In this document: positions 9,944-22,360 of the stretch, one piece after another | Numbering within the stretch: position 1 is the stretch's first letter | Layout: every line of letters starts with the position of its first letter | Assembly (NCBI GenBank): GCA_036826295.1 | Contig: DAISWO010000001.1 | Coordinates: forward strand, 18,068-82,067 | Reading direction: 5' to 3' | Origin: Candidatus Saccharimonadota bacterium | GTDB lineage: Bacteria > Patescibacteriota > Saccharimonadia > Saccharimonadales > JAGQNJ01 | Length of the DNA: 64,000 bases | Translations under genes and position numbers: made by a program | Notes under the pieces: model-generated | What the model was told of the DNA's origin: nothing | Seen by the model: only the letters and a program-made list of their open reading frames with translations | Database searches by the model: none

Positions 9944-10386
9944 GCGTGTGCTCTACTTACTTTATGTTCTCCACCAAAAACCCAGTATTTAAACCAAAGG
10001 TAATTCCAACCATAGAAAAATCCTGCCGACACAAATTGACCAATATATGGCGATAAGCCAAAGCTATCTTTCAAAATCCTGATAATCAAATAATCAATAA
10101 CAAAATTCCCTATGGTTAAGAAAAAATAGCGTTCGGTCACAATCGTTAATTTTTTGTGTTTGCGATGATCGCGAAATACCCATGACCGCTCAAGTATAAA
10201 GTTGACTGTTATTCCGGTAATATTGGCGATCAATTTTGCCCACCACAGACTAAGCCCTAGCACTTGATCGCAAACTGCAAACATCGCATATCCTGACCAA
10301 AACCACGCTCCGCCGGTAATAGAATAAGTAATTAGTCTATTGATCTCCGATTTAATCGATTTCATTTTTTGCTTGCTGATAGCCAT
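9940..10386 (-). CDS. GtrA-family small membrane protein (polyprenyl-P-sugar translocation-associated)
   Basis: About 150 aa with four TM helices and the typical pattern RLITYSITGGAWFWSGYAMF...GITVNFILERSWVF. Confidence 0.75.
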   Translation of the reverse strand: MAISKQKMKSIKSEINRLITYSITGGAWFWSGYAMFAVCDQVLGLSLWWAKLIANITGITVNFILERSWVFRDHRKHKKLTIVTERYFFLTIGNFVIDYLIIRILKDSFGLSPYIGQFVSAGFFYGWNYLWFKYWVFGGEHKVSRAHA

Positions 10387-10388
10387 AA

Positions 10389-11732
10389 CTATTTTGATTT
10401 TATTATACGCGGTTTATGCGCTGCGCGCTCAGAAAGCGCAATGCCCGCCAACCCCCACCACAACAACGACAACGTATCATCCATCCAGCCATGAGAGACC
10501 ATATTAATAACCGTAATTCCACAAAGTGACGCAAACAAAATTAACGCCAAAGTGTCGTTGCGTTTTTTATAAAGATTCATCGCTACAAAGATATTGATGG
10601 CAATTAGCGTTATCAAACCAAAAATACCAACTTCCTGAGCGATTTGTATATAGTAATTCTCAGAAATTTTAGCAGGTCTATCATTTCTTGCCGAAGCGGG
10701 ACCCGCGCTACCGGCGCCCTGCCCTAGCGGATGCCGGTACACATCCTTAAGGCCAGCAACTATTCCGGACTGGCGATTTTCGTTCGAGCTAACGGCCGAG
10801 CGAGATTTTTCATCAGAATGAAAGATCGTGTTTTGAATAAAGTCATTATTCTGTCCGATATATACTAAACCTAAAAATGAAAGCATCCCAAATGAGACGC
10901 CGTAGAGTAGCAACGTCCTTGAACGTTTATTCGTTAGTGACAAAAAGCCCACTACACCCAAGCTAACAACAGTCCCAAGCCATGCACTACGAGAAAAACT
11001 AAAGAACATAACGAAGATGCTTAAACAAAATAGGCTCAGTAGATATATTTGTTTGCTTGGATTTCTAGCTTTTGACCAAAGCGCTATGGTTGCAGTTAGG
11101 ATAAGCGTCAAATAGGCTCCTAATGGATTAGGCCCACGAAGCGTAGACTGCAACCTAATGTATGCTTCTTTACTGTCTACCGTGTGAATCGCCGGTATTG
11201 TGTCCTTTGAGTACCCAAAATTAGTTAAAAAATCATTTGGTAAAACAATTTTTTGCATAAGCCCAAACACGGTTACAATCATTGCGGGCCCTAGTAACGC
11301 GTATGCCCAGTATTTTTTTAGCAGTTTTGTTTTGCTAGAAATAATCAGCACCACATAAAAAAATGCTAGATAACGTAGATTGGCCAGCAACCCATAAATC
11401 GCCGCCTCAGAATTAACTAAATCCGCCCTATATCCCGCAATAGTTCGTAGAAGTGTAATCAGTAGATATAGTAATGTAAGTCTAAAAATAACCGAGCCAA
11501 GCAAACGCTTCTGAAGCCCTTTGTCTATTATCAATACATACATCGAATAAAGGAATAAAATGCATATTAAAATCTCTTTCCATATTCTAAAAACGTCAAT
11601 ATGGCCGTAGACAGATCCAGCCCATGTAGTAATAAGTGCATGAAATGGCAATACCGTAAACACAAACAGGCAGATCCACCCCATATATTCAGTAAGTCTA
11701 TCTGTTGATTTTACCAATGGTTTGATGCTCAT
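10389..11732 (-). CDS. O-antigen ligase/polymerase-like membrane protein (Wzy_C family)
   Basis: Polytopic membrane protein with a large loop carrying HPLGQGAGSAG...ENYYIQIAQEVGIFGL (Wzy_C H-x-lG-G-G and HN-Y-l-q-like motifs). The ORF track extends to 11816 and would overlap the divergent gene by 60 nt; I prefer the internal ATG (MSIKPL...). Confidence 0.6.
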   Translation of the reverse strand: MSIKPLVKSTDRLTEYMGWICLFVFTVLPFHALITTWAGSVYGHIDVFRIWKEILICILFLYSMYVLIIDKGLQKRLLGSVIFRLTLLYLLITLLRTIAGYRADLVNSEAAIYGLLANLRYLAFFYVVLIISSKTKLLKKYWAYALLGPAMIVTVFGLMQKIVLPNDFLTNFGYSKDTIPAIHTVDSKEAYIRLQSTLRGPNPLGAYLTLILTATIALWSKARNPSKQIYLLSLFCLSIFVMFFSFSRSAWLGTVVSLGVVGFLSLTNKRSRTLLLYGVSFGMLSFLGLVYIGQNNDFIQNTIFHSDEKSRSAVSSNENRQSGIVAGLKDVYRHPLGQGAGSAGPASARNDRPAKISENYYIQIAQEVGIFGLITLIAINIFVAMNLYKKRNDTLALILFASLCGITVINMVSHGWMDDTLSLLWWGLAGIALSERAAHKPRIIKSK

Positions 11733-11755
11733 AGATGATATGATTAATAGTATAT

Positions 11756-13192
11756 ATGAAGAACAACGCTTCGTTCCTGTATGGTTTATTTTTAATAATC
11801 GCCGACGTGGTCTCACTTATCTCAGCATTTGTACTAGCTTTTATTTTTAGAGTATCTTTAACAGATAAGCCCATTATTAATCCAGTTCCATCTAGAACTT
11901 ATTTTGGAATACTAATAATCCTAATACCCTTTTGGGTAATTATTTTTGCACTAATAGGCCTATACACCAGGAATATTTACGAGAACCGTTTTAGCGAGCT
12001 AGGCAGACTTTTTGTAGGTAGCACCATTGGCACGCTATTTGTCGTTGGAGTAGATTTTTTTGGCAGCCAGCCAATCTTTCCAGCGAAGTTAGTGCCCGTT
12101 TACGGCTTTTTGTTAACCTTCACCATTTTAGTGATAATGCGAAACCTAGTTAGGTTGGTTAGAAGAATACTGTTTTCGTACAACAAAGGGATTAGTAATG
12201 TACTAATCGTTGGTCATAACGAAGCAACTAACGAATTAGTCGACTGGTTGTCTGATCCAAAAAAATCTGGTTACAAGATAGTTGGAATTGTTGGCGAAGA
12301 TAAAAACACAAGTTATCCACCCGAAGTAAAAACATATAAAGATTTCAATAGCGCTACCAAATCTATTGGAGCAAACAATATTCACAGCATCATGCAAACA
12401 GAACTATACAAAGATTCCGAAAACAACAATGAGGTTCTTACATTCGCACAAAATAATCATATAGCTTATAGATTTATCCCCGGTAATTCTGAGCTGTTTG
12501 TAGGTAATATGGACGTAGAACTATTCCAATCATCCATTCCGATGATCGCCATCCATCAAACCGCCTTGATTGGCTGGGGACGAATAGCCAAAAGAATATT
12601 TGATCTGTTAGTATCGTTTATTTTTATAATTCTTTTGTCGCCAATTTATTTACTCTGCGCTCTAGCAATCTTTATTTTTGATCCGGGCTCCGTAATTTTT
12701 AAACAAAAACGTGTGACTAGGTATAATACAAAATTTACGATATACAAATTTCGTACTCACAAAAAGAAATTTAGCGGGTTATCGCCCGAACAAGCTTTTA
12801 AGAAAATGGGCAAGCCAGAGCTTGCTATTAAATACAGGGAGAACGGCGATCAGTTAGATCACGATCCTCGGGTGACCAAAGTCGGGCGTTTCTTGCGCAG
12901 TACCAGTCTTGACGAATTACCTCAGCTATTCAATGTCTTAAAAGGTGATATTAGTCTTGTCGGACCACGTGCTCTTGTGCCTGAAGAGATTGAAGAGGCC
13001 AAAGCTAAAAACAACATTGTCAGTGTCAAATCTGGCATCACAGGGTTTGCTCAAATTTCCGGACGAAAGGACATTCCGCCAGAAGAACGACGCAAGCTAG
13101 ATCTTTATTACGTTCAAAATTGGAGCTTTTGGTTAGACATCGTTATCCTGATAAAAACACTGCGAGTTTTGATTAACGTCCGGAGCTCCTAG
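11756..13192 (+). CDS. polyprenyl-phosphate hexose-1-phosphate transferase (WbaP-like initiating glycosyltransferase)
   Basis: N-terminal TM block, central CoA-binding-like domain and a C-terminal bacterial sugar transferase domain (PGSVIFKQKRV...LDELPQLFNVLKGDISLVGPRA). Confidence 0.85.
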   Translation: MKNNASFLYGLFLIIADVVSLISAFVLAFIFRVSLTDKPIINPVPSRTYFGILIILIPFWVIIFALIGLYTRNIYENRFSELGRLFVGSTIGTLFVVGVDFFGSQPIFPAKLVPVYGFLLTFTILVIMRNLVRLVRRILFSYNKGISNVLIVGHNEATNELVDWLSDPKKSGYKIVGIVGEDKNTSYPPEVKTYKDFNSATKSIGANNIHSIMQTELYKDSENNNEVLTFAQNNHIAYRFIPGNSELFVGNMDVELFQSSIPMIAIHQTALIGWGRIAKRIFDLLVSFIFIILLSPIYLLCALAIFIFDPGSVIFKQKRVTRYNTKFTIYKFRTHKKKFSGLSPEQAFKKMGKPELAIKYRENGDQLDHDPRVTKVGRFLRSTSLDELPQLFNVLKGDISLVGPRALVPEEIEEAKAKNNIVSVKSGITGFAQISGRKDIPPEERRKLDLYYVQNWSFWLDIVILIKTLRVLINVRSS

Positions 13193-13193
13193 T

Positions 13194-14294
13194 TTGAAAG
13201 TCGCTATTGTCCACGATTGGTTTTTAGAGGGCGGTGCTGAAAAAGTAGTCCTCGAGCTACACCACATGTATCCCGAGGCGCCCATTTATACGTCCTACTG
13301 CTCGCCCGCGTGGCGAGAAAAATTAGACAATACTGTCATCACTGGCTATCTACAACATTGGCCATTCTCAAAATTGCGCAAGTTTATCCCCCTGCTACGT
13401 CAACACTGGTTTGAGAATCTAGACTTTTCTGATTACGACCTAGTCATTAGTAGCTCGGGCGCCGAAGCAAAAGGCATAAAAGTACCAAAAAGTGTCATGC
13501 ATATTAACTATTGTCATGCCCCCACCCACTATTATTGGAACCGCTACTATGAGTACATAAAGAGCCCGGGGTTCGGCGTCTTCAATCCCCTTGCACGACT
13601 TGGGCTCAAGGTATTACTAAACCCTATTCGCAAATGGGATCTTAAGGCAGCCCAGCGACCCGACTATATGATAGCTAACTCAACTTTTACCTGTAACCAG
13701 ATAAAAAAGTATTACCACCGTGATTCGACCGTCATCCACCCACCAGTCGAGATAGGTAAATTCTTGCTCTCAGCTAACGGCTCACAGCTCTCAGCTAGAA
13801 ACGGTTTTATAATCACTGGCCGGCATGTTCCCTACAAACGATTTGATCTCGCCATCGAGGCCTGCAATCAACTCCAGCTACCCTTGAAGGTTTTAGGCAC
13901 TGGCCCAGAAACTAAAAAGCTTAAACGTCTGGCTGGACCGACTATTGATTTCAAAGGATATGTCTCTGACCAAGAAATTGTTACCCTTCTGCAATCTGCC
14001 GAAGCTTTCATCTTCCCCGGCCTTGACGACTTTGGCATCGCTCCCGTCGCCGCTATGGCCGCCGGTACACCAGTAATCGCCTATAAAGATGGTGGCTCGC
14101 TAGATTATATTGTCGAAGGTAAGACAGGACTATTCTTTAACAAACAAACCAGCTCGTCACTCGAAACAGCTCTACAAAATTTTAAAAAACATATTTTTAA
14201 CTCAGAACATATCAAAAATGAAGCGAAAGAATATGACCCTGTAATATTCAGACAAAAAATGCATGATTATATTGCTAAAGCTAGGAGGAGTTAA
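13194..14294 (+). CDS. GT4-family glycosyltransferase
   Basis: TTG start. N-terminus KVAIVHDWFLEGGAEKV and a C-terminal GT-B donor-binding region (FPGLDDFGIAPVAAMAAGTPVIA). Confidence 0.75.
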   Translation: MKVAIVHDWFLEGGAEKVVLELHHMYPEAPIYTSYCSPAWREKLDNTVITGYLQHWPFSKLRKFIPLLRQHWFENLDFSDYDLVISSSGAEAKGIKVPKSVMHINYCHAPTHYYWNRYYEYIKSPGFGVFNPLARLGLKVLLNPIRKWDLKAAQRPDYMIANSTFTCNQIKKYYHRDSTVIHPPVEIGKFLLSANGSQLSARNGFIITGRHVPYKRFDLAIEACNQLQLPLKVLGTGPETKKLKRLAGPTIDFKGYVSDQEIVTLLQSAEAFIFPGLDDFGIAPVAAMAAGTPVIAYKDGGSLDYIVEGKTGLFFNKQTSSSLETALQNFKKHIFNSEHIKNEAKEYDPVIFRQKMHDYIAKARRS

Positions 14295-14296
14295 TT

Positions 14297-16120
14297 ATGT
14301 GCGGAATCGTAGGCTACGTTGGTAATAAAGACGCACTTAGTCCGGTCCTTGATGGACTCGAAGCCCTAGAATACAGAGGTTATGATTCTGCCGGCGTAGC
14401 TATAATGCGCGATGGCAACATATCCTGTACTAAGCAAATTGGTGGTGTAGCAAATGTCGAAAAATTATTAAAAAATGAAGGTGAGTCAACTACTGCCATT
14501 GGTCACACGCGTTGGGCCACACACGGTGAACCTTCAGTGGCTAACGCTCACCCGCACTACAACAGCGCAAAGACTATATTTATTGTTCATAACGGCATTA
14601 TCGAAAACCATCAAGAGCTACGGGATAAACTAACTGCCAAGGGTTATACTTTTAGCACACAAACCGACACCGAAGTAATTCCTCATCTCATTGATTATCA
14701 TCTAAAAAAAGCTAATTCATTTGAGGCCGCCTTTTCGTCCGCCATCGCTGAGCTAAGAGGCGCATACGCTATTGTTGCTTTGTTCAAAGATGAACCCAAT
14801 ACTCTTTTTGCTGCACGTCTATCCAGCCCCCTAGTTATTGGTGTGGGCGACAACGAATATTATATTGCTTCGGACGCTTCCGCTATCATAGACAAAACCA
14901 AAAAAGTCGTTTATTTAGACGATTACGATATTGCTAAAATTACCCCTACTAATTTAGCTATAAATAATACTCGATCTCACCACGCCGAGGTTCGCCAAGA
15001 ACAAGTACTTGATTATGATACCGAGACAGCTAAACTTGGAAATTTTCCACATTTTATGCTGAAGGAAATATTTGATACACCGCAGACTCTGCAGGCGGCT
15101 ACCCGTGGCCGGATCAGGCCTAAAACCAACCAAGTCCAGCTAGGCGGGCTATTAAACGTTAAGGAGCAGCTACAATTCGTCGATCGCATTGTGATAGTAG
15201 CTTGTGGAACCTCCTATTATGCCGGCATGGTAGGTGAATATTTAATTGAAGAATTGTCTGGCATCCCGGTCGAAGTTCAGCTAGCATCAGAGTTTAAATA
15301 TCGCCACGAACCCTTCTCGCGCGGTACGGCTGTTTTAGCTATTTCACAATCTGGTGAAACGGCCGACACCATTGCAGCACTTAAGAAAGTTGAATCTTAT
15401 GGTGTATTACGTCTGGGGATCGTTAATGTTGTTGGCTCGACTATTGCTCGTATGACCGACGCCGGTGTCTACTGTCATGCTGGGCCAGAGCTATCTGTCG
15501 CTTCTACCAAAGCCTTTGTCGCACAAGTCACAGTACTAATAGAGATCGCCCTATTTCTTGGCAAAGAACGGACAAAAAACTTCAAACCCCTTTTGCACGA
15601 ACTTGCCAACCTAGATAAAAAAATCAAAAAAGTTTTAGATCAGGCTGAGAAGATCCAAGATATCGCTACCAAATACGCTAGCTACAAGAACTTTCTATAC
15701 ATTGGTCGTGGCTATGATTATCCCTGCGCAATGGAGGGAGCCCTAAAGCTAAAAGAGCTTTCCTATATCCACGCCGAAGGCTGTGCTGCCGGAGAGATGA
15801 AGCATGGACCGCTGGCGATGATTGACAAACATTTTCCCACTTTGGCCATAGCTACCGATTCAGAAATTATAGAAAAAACCCATTCTAACATCCAAGAAAT
15901 TCAAGCACGAAAAGGCAAAGTCATCGCGATAGGTATAGAGGGCGATACTCGATTAGAGCAACTAGCTGACGACTGCATATTTATACCTCGATCATTAACC
16001 CAAACACAACCCATATTAATAGCCGTGGTTGTTCAGCTATTTGCTTACTACATTTCAGTTAATAAAGGTCTAAACGTCGATAGGCCTCGAAACCTAGCAA
16101 AATCAGTTACAGTAGAATAG
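14297..16120 (+). CDS. glmS: glutamine--fructose-6-phosphate aminotransferase
   Basis: MCGIVGYVG Ntn-amidotransferase start and two SIS domains. AGGAGG RBS upstream. Confidence 0.95.
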   Translation: MCGIVGYVGNKDALSPVLDGLEALEYRGYDSAGVAIMRDGNISCTKQIGGVANVEKLLKNEGESTTAIGHTRWATHGEPSVANAHPHYNSAKTIFIVHNGIIENHQELRDKLTAKGYTFSTQTDTEVIPHLIDYHLKKANSFEAAFSSAIAELRGAYAIVALFKDEPNTLFAARLSSPLVIGVGDNEYYIASDASAIIDKTKKVVYLDDYDIAKITPTNLAINNTRSHHAEVRQEQVLDYDTETAKLGNFPHFMLKEIFDTPQTLQAATRGRIRPKTNQVQLGGLLNVKEQLQFVDRIVIVACGTSYYAGMVGEYLIEELSGIPVEVQLASEFKYRHEPFSRGTAVLAISQSGETADTIAALKKVESYGVLRLGIVNVVGSTIARMTDAGVYCHAGPELSVASTKAFVAQVTVLIEIALFLGKERTKNFKPLLHELANLDKKIKKVLDQAEKIQDIATKYASYKNFLYIGRGYDYPCAMEGALKLKELSYIHAEGCAAGEMKHGPLAMIDKHFPTLAIATDSEIIEKTHSNIQEIQARKGKVIAIGIEGDTRLEQLADDCIFIPRSLTQTQPILIAVVVQLFAYYISVNKGLNVDRPRNLAKSVTVE

Positions 16121-16124
16121 ATAC

Positions 16125-18480
<2,356 letters not shown>

Positions 18481-18486
18481 CTAAAC

Positions 18487-19065
18487 ATGGCAAAGGTAGC
18501 TACGACAGAATTTACTTCGCACAAAACTAACATTCCTGGATTGATTTTTTTTGATGTTACTAGCGTCGGTGATGATCGTGGCTGGTTTCAAGAAAAGTTT
18601 CATAAAGACAAGCTAGTAGAGGGCGGAATTCCTGAGGATTTTCAGGTAGTTCAGAACAGCCTGTCGTACAACAAGCAAAAAGGCGTTGTCCGAGGTTTGC
18701 ATGCAGAGCCGTGGGATAAATATATATCCGTCGTCAAAGGGAAAGTTTTTGCTGCATACGTAGATCTGCGAGAGGGCTCAAATTTTGGAAAGGTAGAAAC
18801 AATAGAAATTACACCAAACATAGCTGTATTTTTACCTGAAGGTGTTGCTAATTCTTTCCAAACCCTCGAGGATGAAACTTATTATCTCTACAGTGTAAAT
18901 AAGCACTGGACTGCTGACGATTACGACAAATATATGTTCGTGAACCTGGGCGATCCAGATCTAAATATTCAATGGCCTATCGCGCTGGAAGACTCTGTCA
19001 TGTCTGATCGGGATAAAAATCATCCACAGCTAAAGGATATAATTCCTATGAAAGTTGGTAACTAA
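18487..19065 (+). CDS. rfbC: dTDP-4-dehydrorhamnose 3,5-epimerase
   Basis: RmlC cupin signature (GLIFFDVTSVGDDRGWFQE...VRGLHAEPW). Confidence 0.9.
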   Translation: MAKVATTEFTSHKTNIPGLIFFDVTSVGDDRGWFQEKFHKDKLVEGGIPEDFQVVQNSLSYNKQKGVVRGLHAEPWDKYISVVKGKVFAAYVDLREGSNFGKVETIEITPNIAVFLPEGVANSFQTLEDETYYLYSVNKHWTADDYDKYMFVNLGDPDLNIQWPIALEDSVMSDRDKNHPQLKDIIPMKVGN

Positions 19066-19919
19066 TGAACCGATCAAAAATTCTAATTATAGGAGCCAAT
19101 GGGCAGCTTGGGCTAGCTCTTAAAGCACAGTATCCTGAAGCACAGACAGTTGATATTGACGAACTAGACATTACAGATAAAAAATCTGTCGAGAGTTATG
19201 ACTGGTCAAATGTTGATATCGTTCTGAATGCCGCTGCCTATACAAACGTAGATGGTGCCGAAACTGCAGAGGGTCGCGTAGCTGCATGGAAGGTCAATGC
19301 CGAAGCTCCGGGGCACATAAGCCATCCTGTCTGGCGAAATAACATAATTTTTGTTCATATTTCCACAGACTATGTTTTTGACGGTACAAAAAAAGAGCAT
19401 TTAGAAAACGAGGATTTTTCCCCACTTTCTGTTTATGGATCTTCGAAGGCTGCAGGAGATTTGCTAGTAACCGCGTGTGACAAGCACTATATAATGCGGA
19501 CTAGCTGGGTTATTGGCGAAGGCAAAAACTTTGTTCGCACCATGCTTGGCCTTGGTGAAAAAGGCATTAATCCAACTGTTGTTGATGATCAAGTCGGCCG
19601 TTTAACCTTCACTAGCGAGTTGGTGCGCGCAATCGACCACCTACTTACAACTAAATCCCCTTTTGGTACGTACAACATAACAAATGATGGTCGGTCAGCC
19701 AGCTGGGCAGAAATAACTCGTGAGATATTTGATAATGCTGGCTACGAGCTGGATGTAACTGGAACGACAACTGCTGAGTACTTTAAAGACAAAGAAGGTA
19801 TTGCTCCCCGCCCACTCAACAGCACACTAAATCTCAGTAAAATTCAAAGCACAAGTTTCAAATCTCGTGATTGGAAAGATGATTTGAAAGACTATATAAA
19901 AAAGGAGTTAGCAAAATGA
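19065..19919 (+). CDS. rfbD: dTDP-4-dehydrorhamnose reductase
   Basis: KILIIGANGQLG start and RmlD-like SDR. It is translationally coupled to the rfbC stop and 4-nt coupled to rfbA. Confidence 0.9.
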   Translation: MNRSKILIIGANGQLGLALKAQYPEAQTVDIDELDITDKKSVESYDWSNVDIVLNAAAYTNVDGAETAEGRVAAWKVNAEAPGHISHPVWRNNIIFVHISTDYVFDGTKKEHLENEDFSPLSVYGSSKAAGDLLVTACDKHYIMRTSWVIGEGKNFVRTMLGLGEKGINPTVVDDQVGRLTFTSELVRAIDHLLTTKSPFGTYNITNDGRSASWAEITREIFDNAGYELDVTGTTTAEYFKDKEGIAPRPLNSTLNLSKIQSTSFKSRDWKDDLKDYIKKELAK

Positions 19920-20773
19920 AAGGCATTATTCTAGCTGGTGGTTCGGGCACCAGACTATATCCCATTACTAAAGGCATCTCAAAACAGCTAATTCCAATTT
20001 ATGATAAGCCTATGGTTTACTACCCTCTTTCCACCCTGATGAGCGCGGGCTTAAAAGATATCTTAATAATTACTACTCCTCATGACCAAGCTCAGTTCAG
20101 AAATTTGCTAGGTGATGGTTCAGAAATTGGTATCAGCATTACTTATGCTGTCCAGCCTAGTCCAGGAGGTCTCGCGCAAGCATTTGTAATCGGCGAGGAG
20201 TTTATAGGTTCAGACAAAGTAGCTTTGGTGCTGGGCGACAATATTTTCTACGGAACACAAATGGGCGACAAGTTAGCAAAATACACAGATGTAGACGGCG
20301 GTGTTATATTTGGTGCGCCAGTATCAGACCCAGAACGTTACGGCGTCGTTGAATTTGATAAAGACATGAACGTAATTTCCATTCACGAAAAGCCTGAAGC
20401 CCCTAAGTCAAATTATGCTATACCTGGACTATACTTTTTCGACAACGATGTAATCGAGTATGCCAAACAGGCTCGTCCAAGTGCGCGTGGTGAAATTGAG
20501 ATTACTGAAATCCACAACTCCTATCTGCGAGCTGGCAAATTAAAAGTTAGCCTCCTTGACCGCGGTACGGCATGGCTAGATACCGGTACATTTGAGACCA
20601 TGAATCAAGCAGCCCAATTCGTTCAAGTGATCGAAGAACGCCAGGGTTTAAAAATTGGTTGCATCGAAGAAACTGCTTACAATCAGGGTTTTATAGATCA
20701 GAACCAATTGCTCAAGTTAGCAGAACCATTACAAAAGAGTGGTTACGGCAAATACCTAAAAAGTATAATTTGA
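19916..20773 (+). CDS. rfbA: glucose-1-phosphate thymidylyltransferase
   Basis: MKGIILAGGSGTRLYPIT nucleotidyltransferase start. Ends with a TGA stop. Confidence 0.95.
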   Translation: MKGIILAGGSGTRLYPITKGISKQLIPIYDKPMVYYPLSTLMSAGLKDILIITTPHDQAQFRNLLGDGSEIGISITYAVQPSPGGLAQAFVIGEEFIGSDKVALVLGDNIFYGTQMGDKLAKYTDVDGGVIFGAPVSDPERYGVVEFDKDMNVISIHEKPEAPKSNYAIPGLYFFDNDVIEYAKQARPSARGEIEITEIHNSYLRAGKLKVSLLDRGTAWLDTGTFETMNQAAQFVQVIEERQGLKIGCIEETAYNQGFIDQNQLLKLAEPLQKSGYGKYLKSII

Positions 20774-20781
20774 TTTGATTC

Positions 20782-22284
20782 CTAGTGTATAACAATATGT
20801 TTAAGTACATTCTGAGCATATGTATTGACCTGAACAACAGTTCTATTCTGCCAATACCACAGCGAATCAGCTCTAATTAAATACCCAACAATCCCCCCAC
20901 CCCAGATATAAAAAGTAAAGAATAGAACCAACAAGATCTTGCGTTGCTTTTCAGAATGGATCGAATATTTGAATGCTTCGATAAATACTAAAAACACTAA
21001 TAGTAATATTGGGTATATATATCGTGCTTGTACGGCTTGCGCTACTCCCAGCTTTTGATAAAGCTGAAAATTAAACAACCACAATACGACTATATAGATA
21101 GCGCTGACGAGAATAGATAAGCGAATATATGTCTTGGCCCATAATTTCTTGAAATATATTAGGGTAGAGAGAAGCCCGGCGACTAGCACCACATAAGCAA
21201 ATATTATCTGAGGGGGAGATATTGCCTTTCGAACAATCGGTCCGAACGGCTCATGTTCGGAGACTACTTCAGTTGGCGTATGGCTAAACGGAGCAAAATA
21301 ACCTCTCATAATTTTACTTGTCCAATGTTGAGTAAAACTTAACGGGTTGCCGTACAGCACATCCGATGACTTATTCTGTAAGTTGTTTCGATTTCGGTAC
21401 CATGGACCAAAATCTTCACAGACATATTCGGGCTGTATTCTGTCGCACATCGGCGCTACCGTTTTATATCGAACAAGATTTTGGACATGTCGCTCAATAA
21501 ACAACCCAGTTGACACTAAAAGCAGTGCAACTAGGCAAGTTACAACCAAGCCATTGGGTCGGGCTTTCCAAGCATCGACTAATAATTGTCTCGAGCGCCT
21601 ACCGTTCTTATTCCAAAAAGTAATGCTAATGAAAAAGAAGGATATGATAAAAATAGGCAGAAAATTATGCTTTACTAATGTTGTAAGCAACCCGACGCTA
21701 ACAAATAGAGTAGACTGAGTTAATAAATTTCCCTTCTGTCTTAAGATGTTGGTTCCGAGTATCAAATAATTTGCACTCATCAAAAACATTAAATTGTCAT
21801 AATTAATATGGGTAGCAATTAGCGGCACGATCATTGTTGATGCAAACGCTAAAAGAACTACGTTTATCGATCTTGGCGTGATTTTCCATGAATCAAACAA
21901 CTTTTTATACAGGGCTATTCCTGCAACTACTAATGAAATATTCAAAAACCTTAGGGCAATGATTAATCCCGTCTCGCTTTTTATGAATAAATTGAAGAGT
22001 CGGTAAGGAAAACTTAAAAGGTATGAATATAGATATGAAGGGTCTCTAGTTATATCGCCAAACAAACTTGCTTCTGGAGGTTGCTCACTAATAAATGGAC
22101 TCCATTGCTGAGCGTAAATTGATGTCATCCCATAATGAGCATATTCATCAAAGACCATGGGATATATAAAGCTAACGGCACCCCAAACTGTGTTTATTAT
22201 AAAAAAAACGACAACAAGCCAGAAAAACTTACCACTAGAGGTAAAATCATAAATTCGATTAATTCCATTCTTTATATGCTGCAT
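20782..22284 (-). CDS. polytopic membrane protein, putative GT-C-fold glycosyltransferase (DUF2142-like), paralog of 30268-31707
   Basis: More than 10 TM helices. The first extracytoplasmic loop carries DEYAHY, then SYLYSYLLSFP. The same motifs recur in ORF 30268-31707 as DEAYHY and SYLYHYLSSF. Confidence 0.55.
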   Translation of the reverse strand: MQHIKNGINRIYDFTSSGKFFWLVVVFFIINTVWGAVSFIYPMVFDEYAHYGMTSIYAQQWSPFISEQPPEASLFGDITRDPSYLYSYLLSFPYRLFNLFIKSETGLIIALRFLNISLVVAGIALYKKLFDSWKITPRSINVVLLAFASTMIVPLIATHINYDNLMFLMSANYLILGTNILRQKGNLLTQSTLFVSVGLLTTLVKHNFLPIFIISFFFISITFWNKNGRRSRQLLVDAWKARPNGLVVTCLVALLLVSTGLFIERHVQNLVRYKTVAPMCDRIQPEYVCEDFGPWYRNRNNLQNKSSDVLYGNPLSFTQHWTSKIMRGYFAPFSHTPTEVVSEHEPFGPIVRKAISPPQIIFAYVVLVAGLLSTLIYFKKLWAKTYIRLSILVSAIYIVVLWLFNFQLYQKLGVAQAVQARYIYPILLLVFLVFIEAFKYSIHSEKQRKILLVLFFTFYIWGGGIVGYLIRADSLWYWQNRTVVQVNTYAQNVLKHIVIH

Positions 22285-22360
22285 TTTTGTGAATATTACT
22301 ATACCTGATTTATAGATTCTTTACTGATATAATATAACCCTATACGAAAGGAGATCCGCG

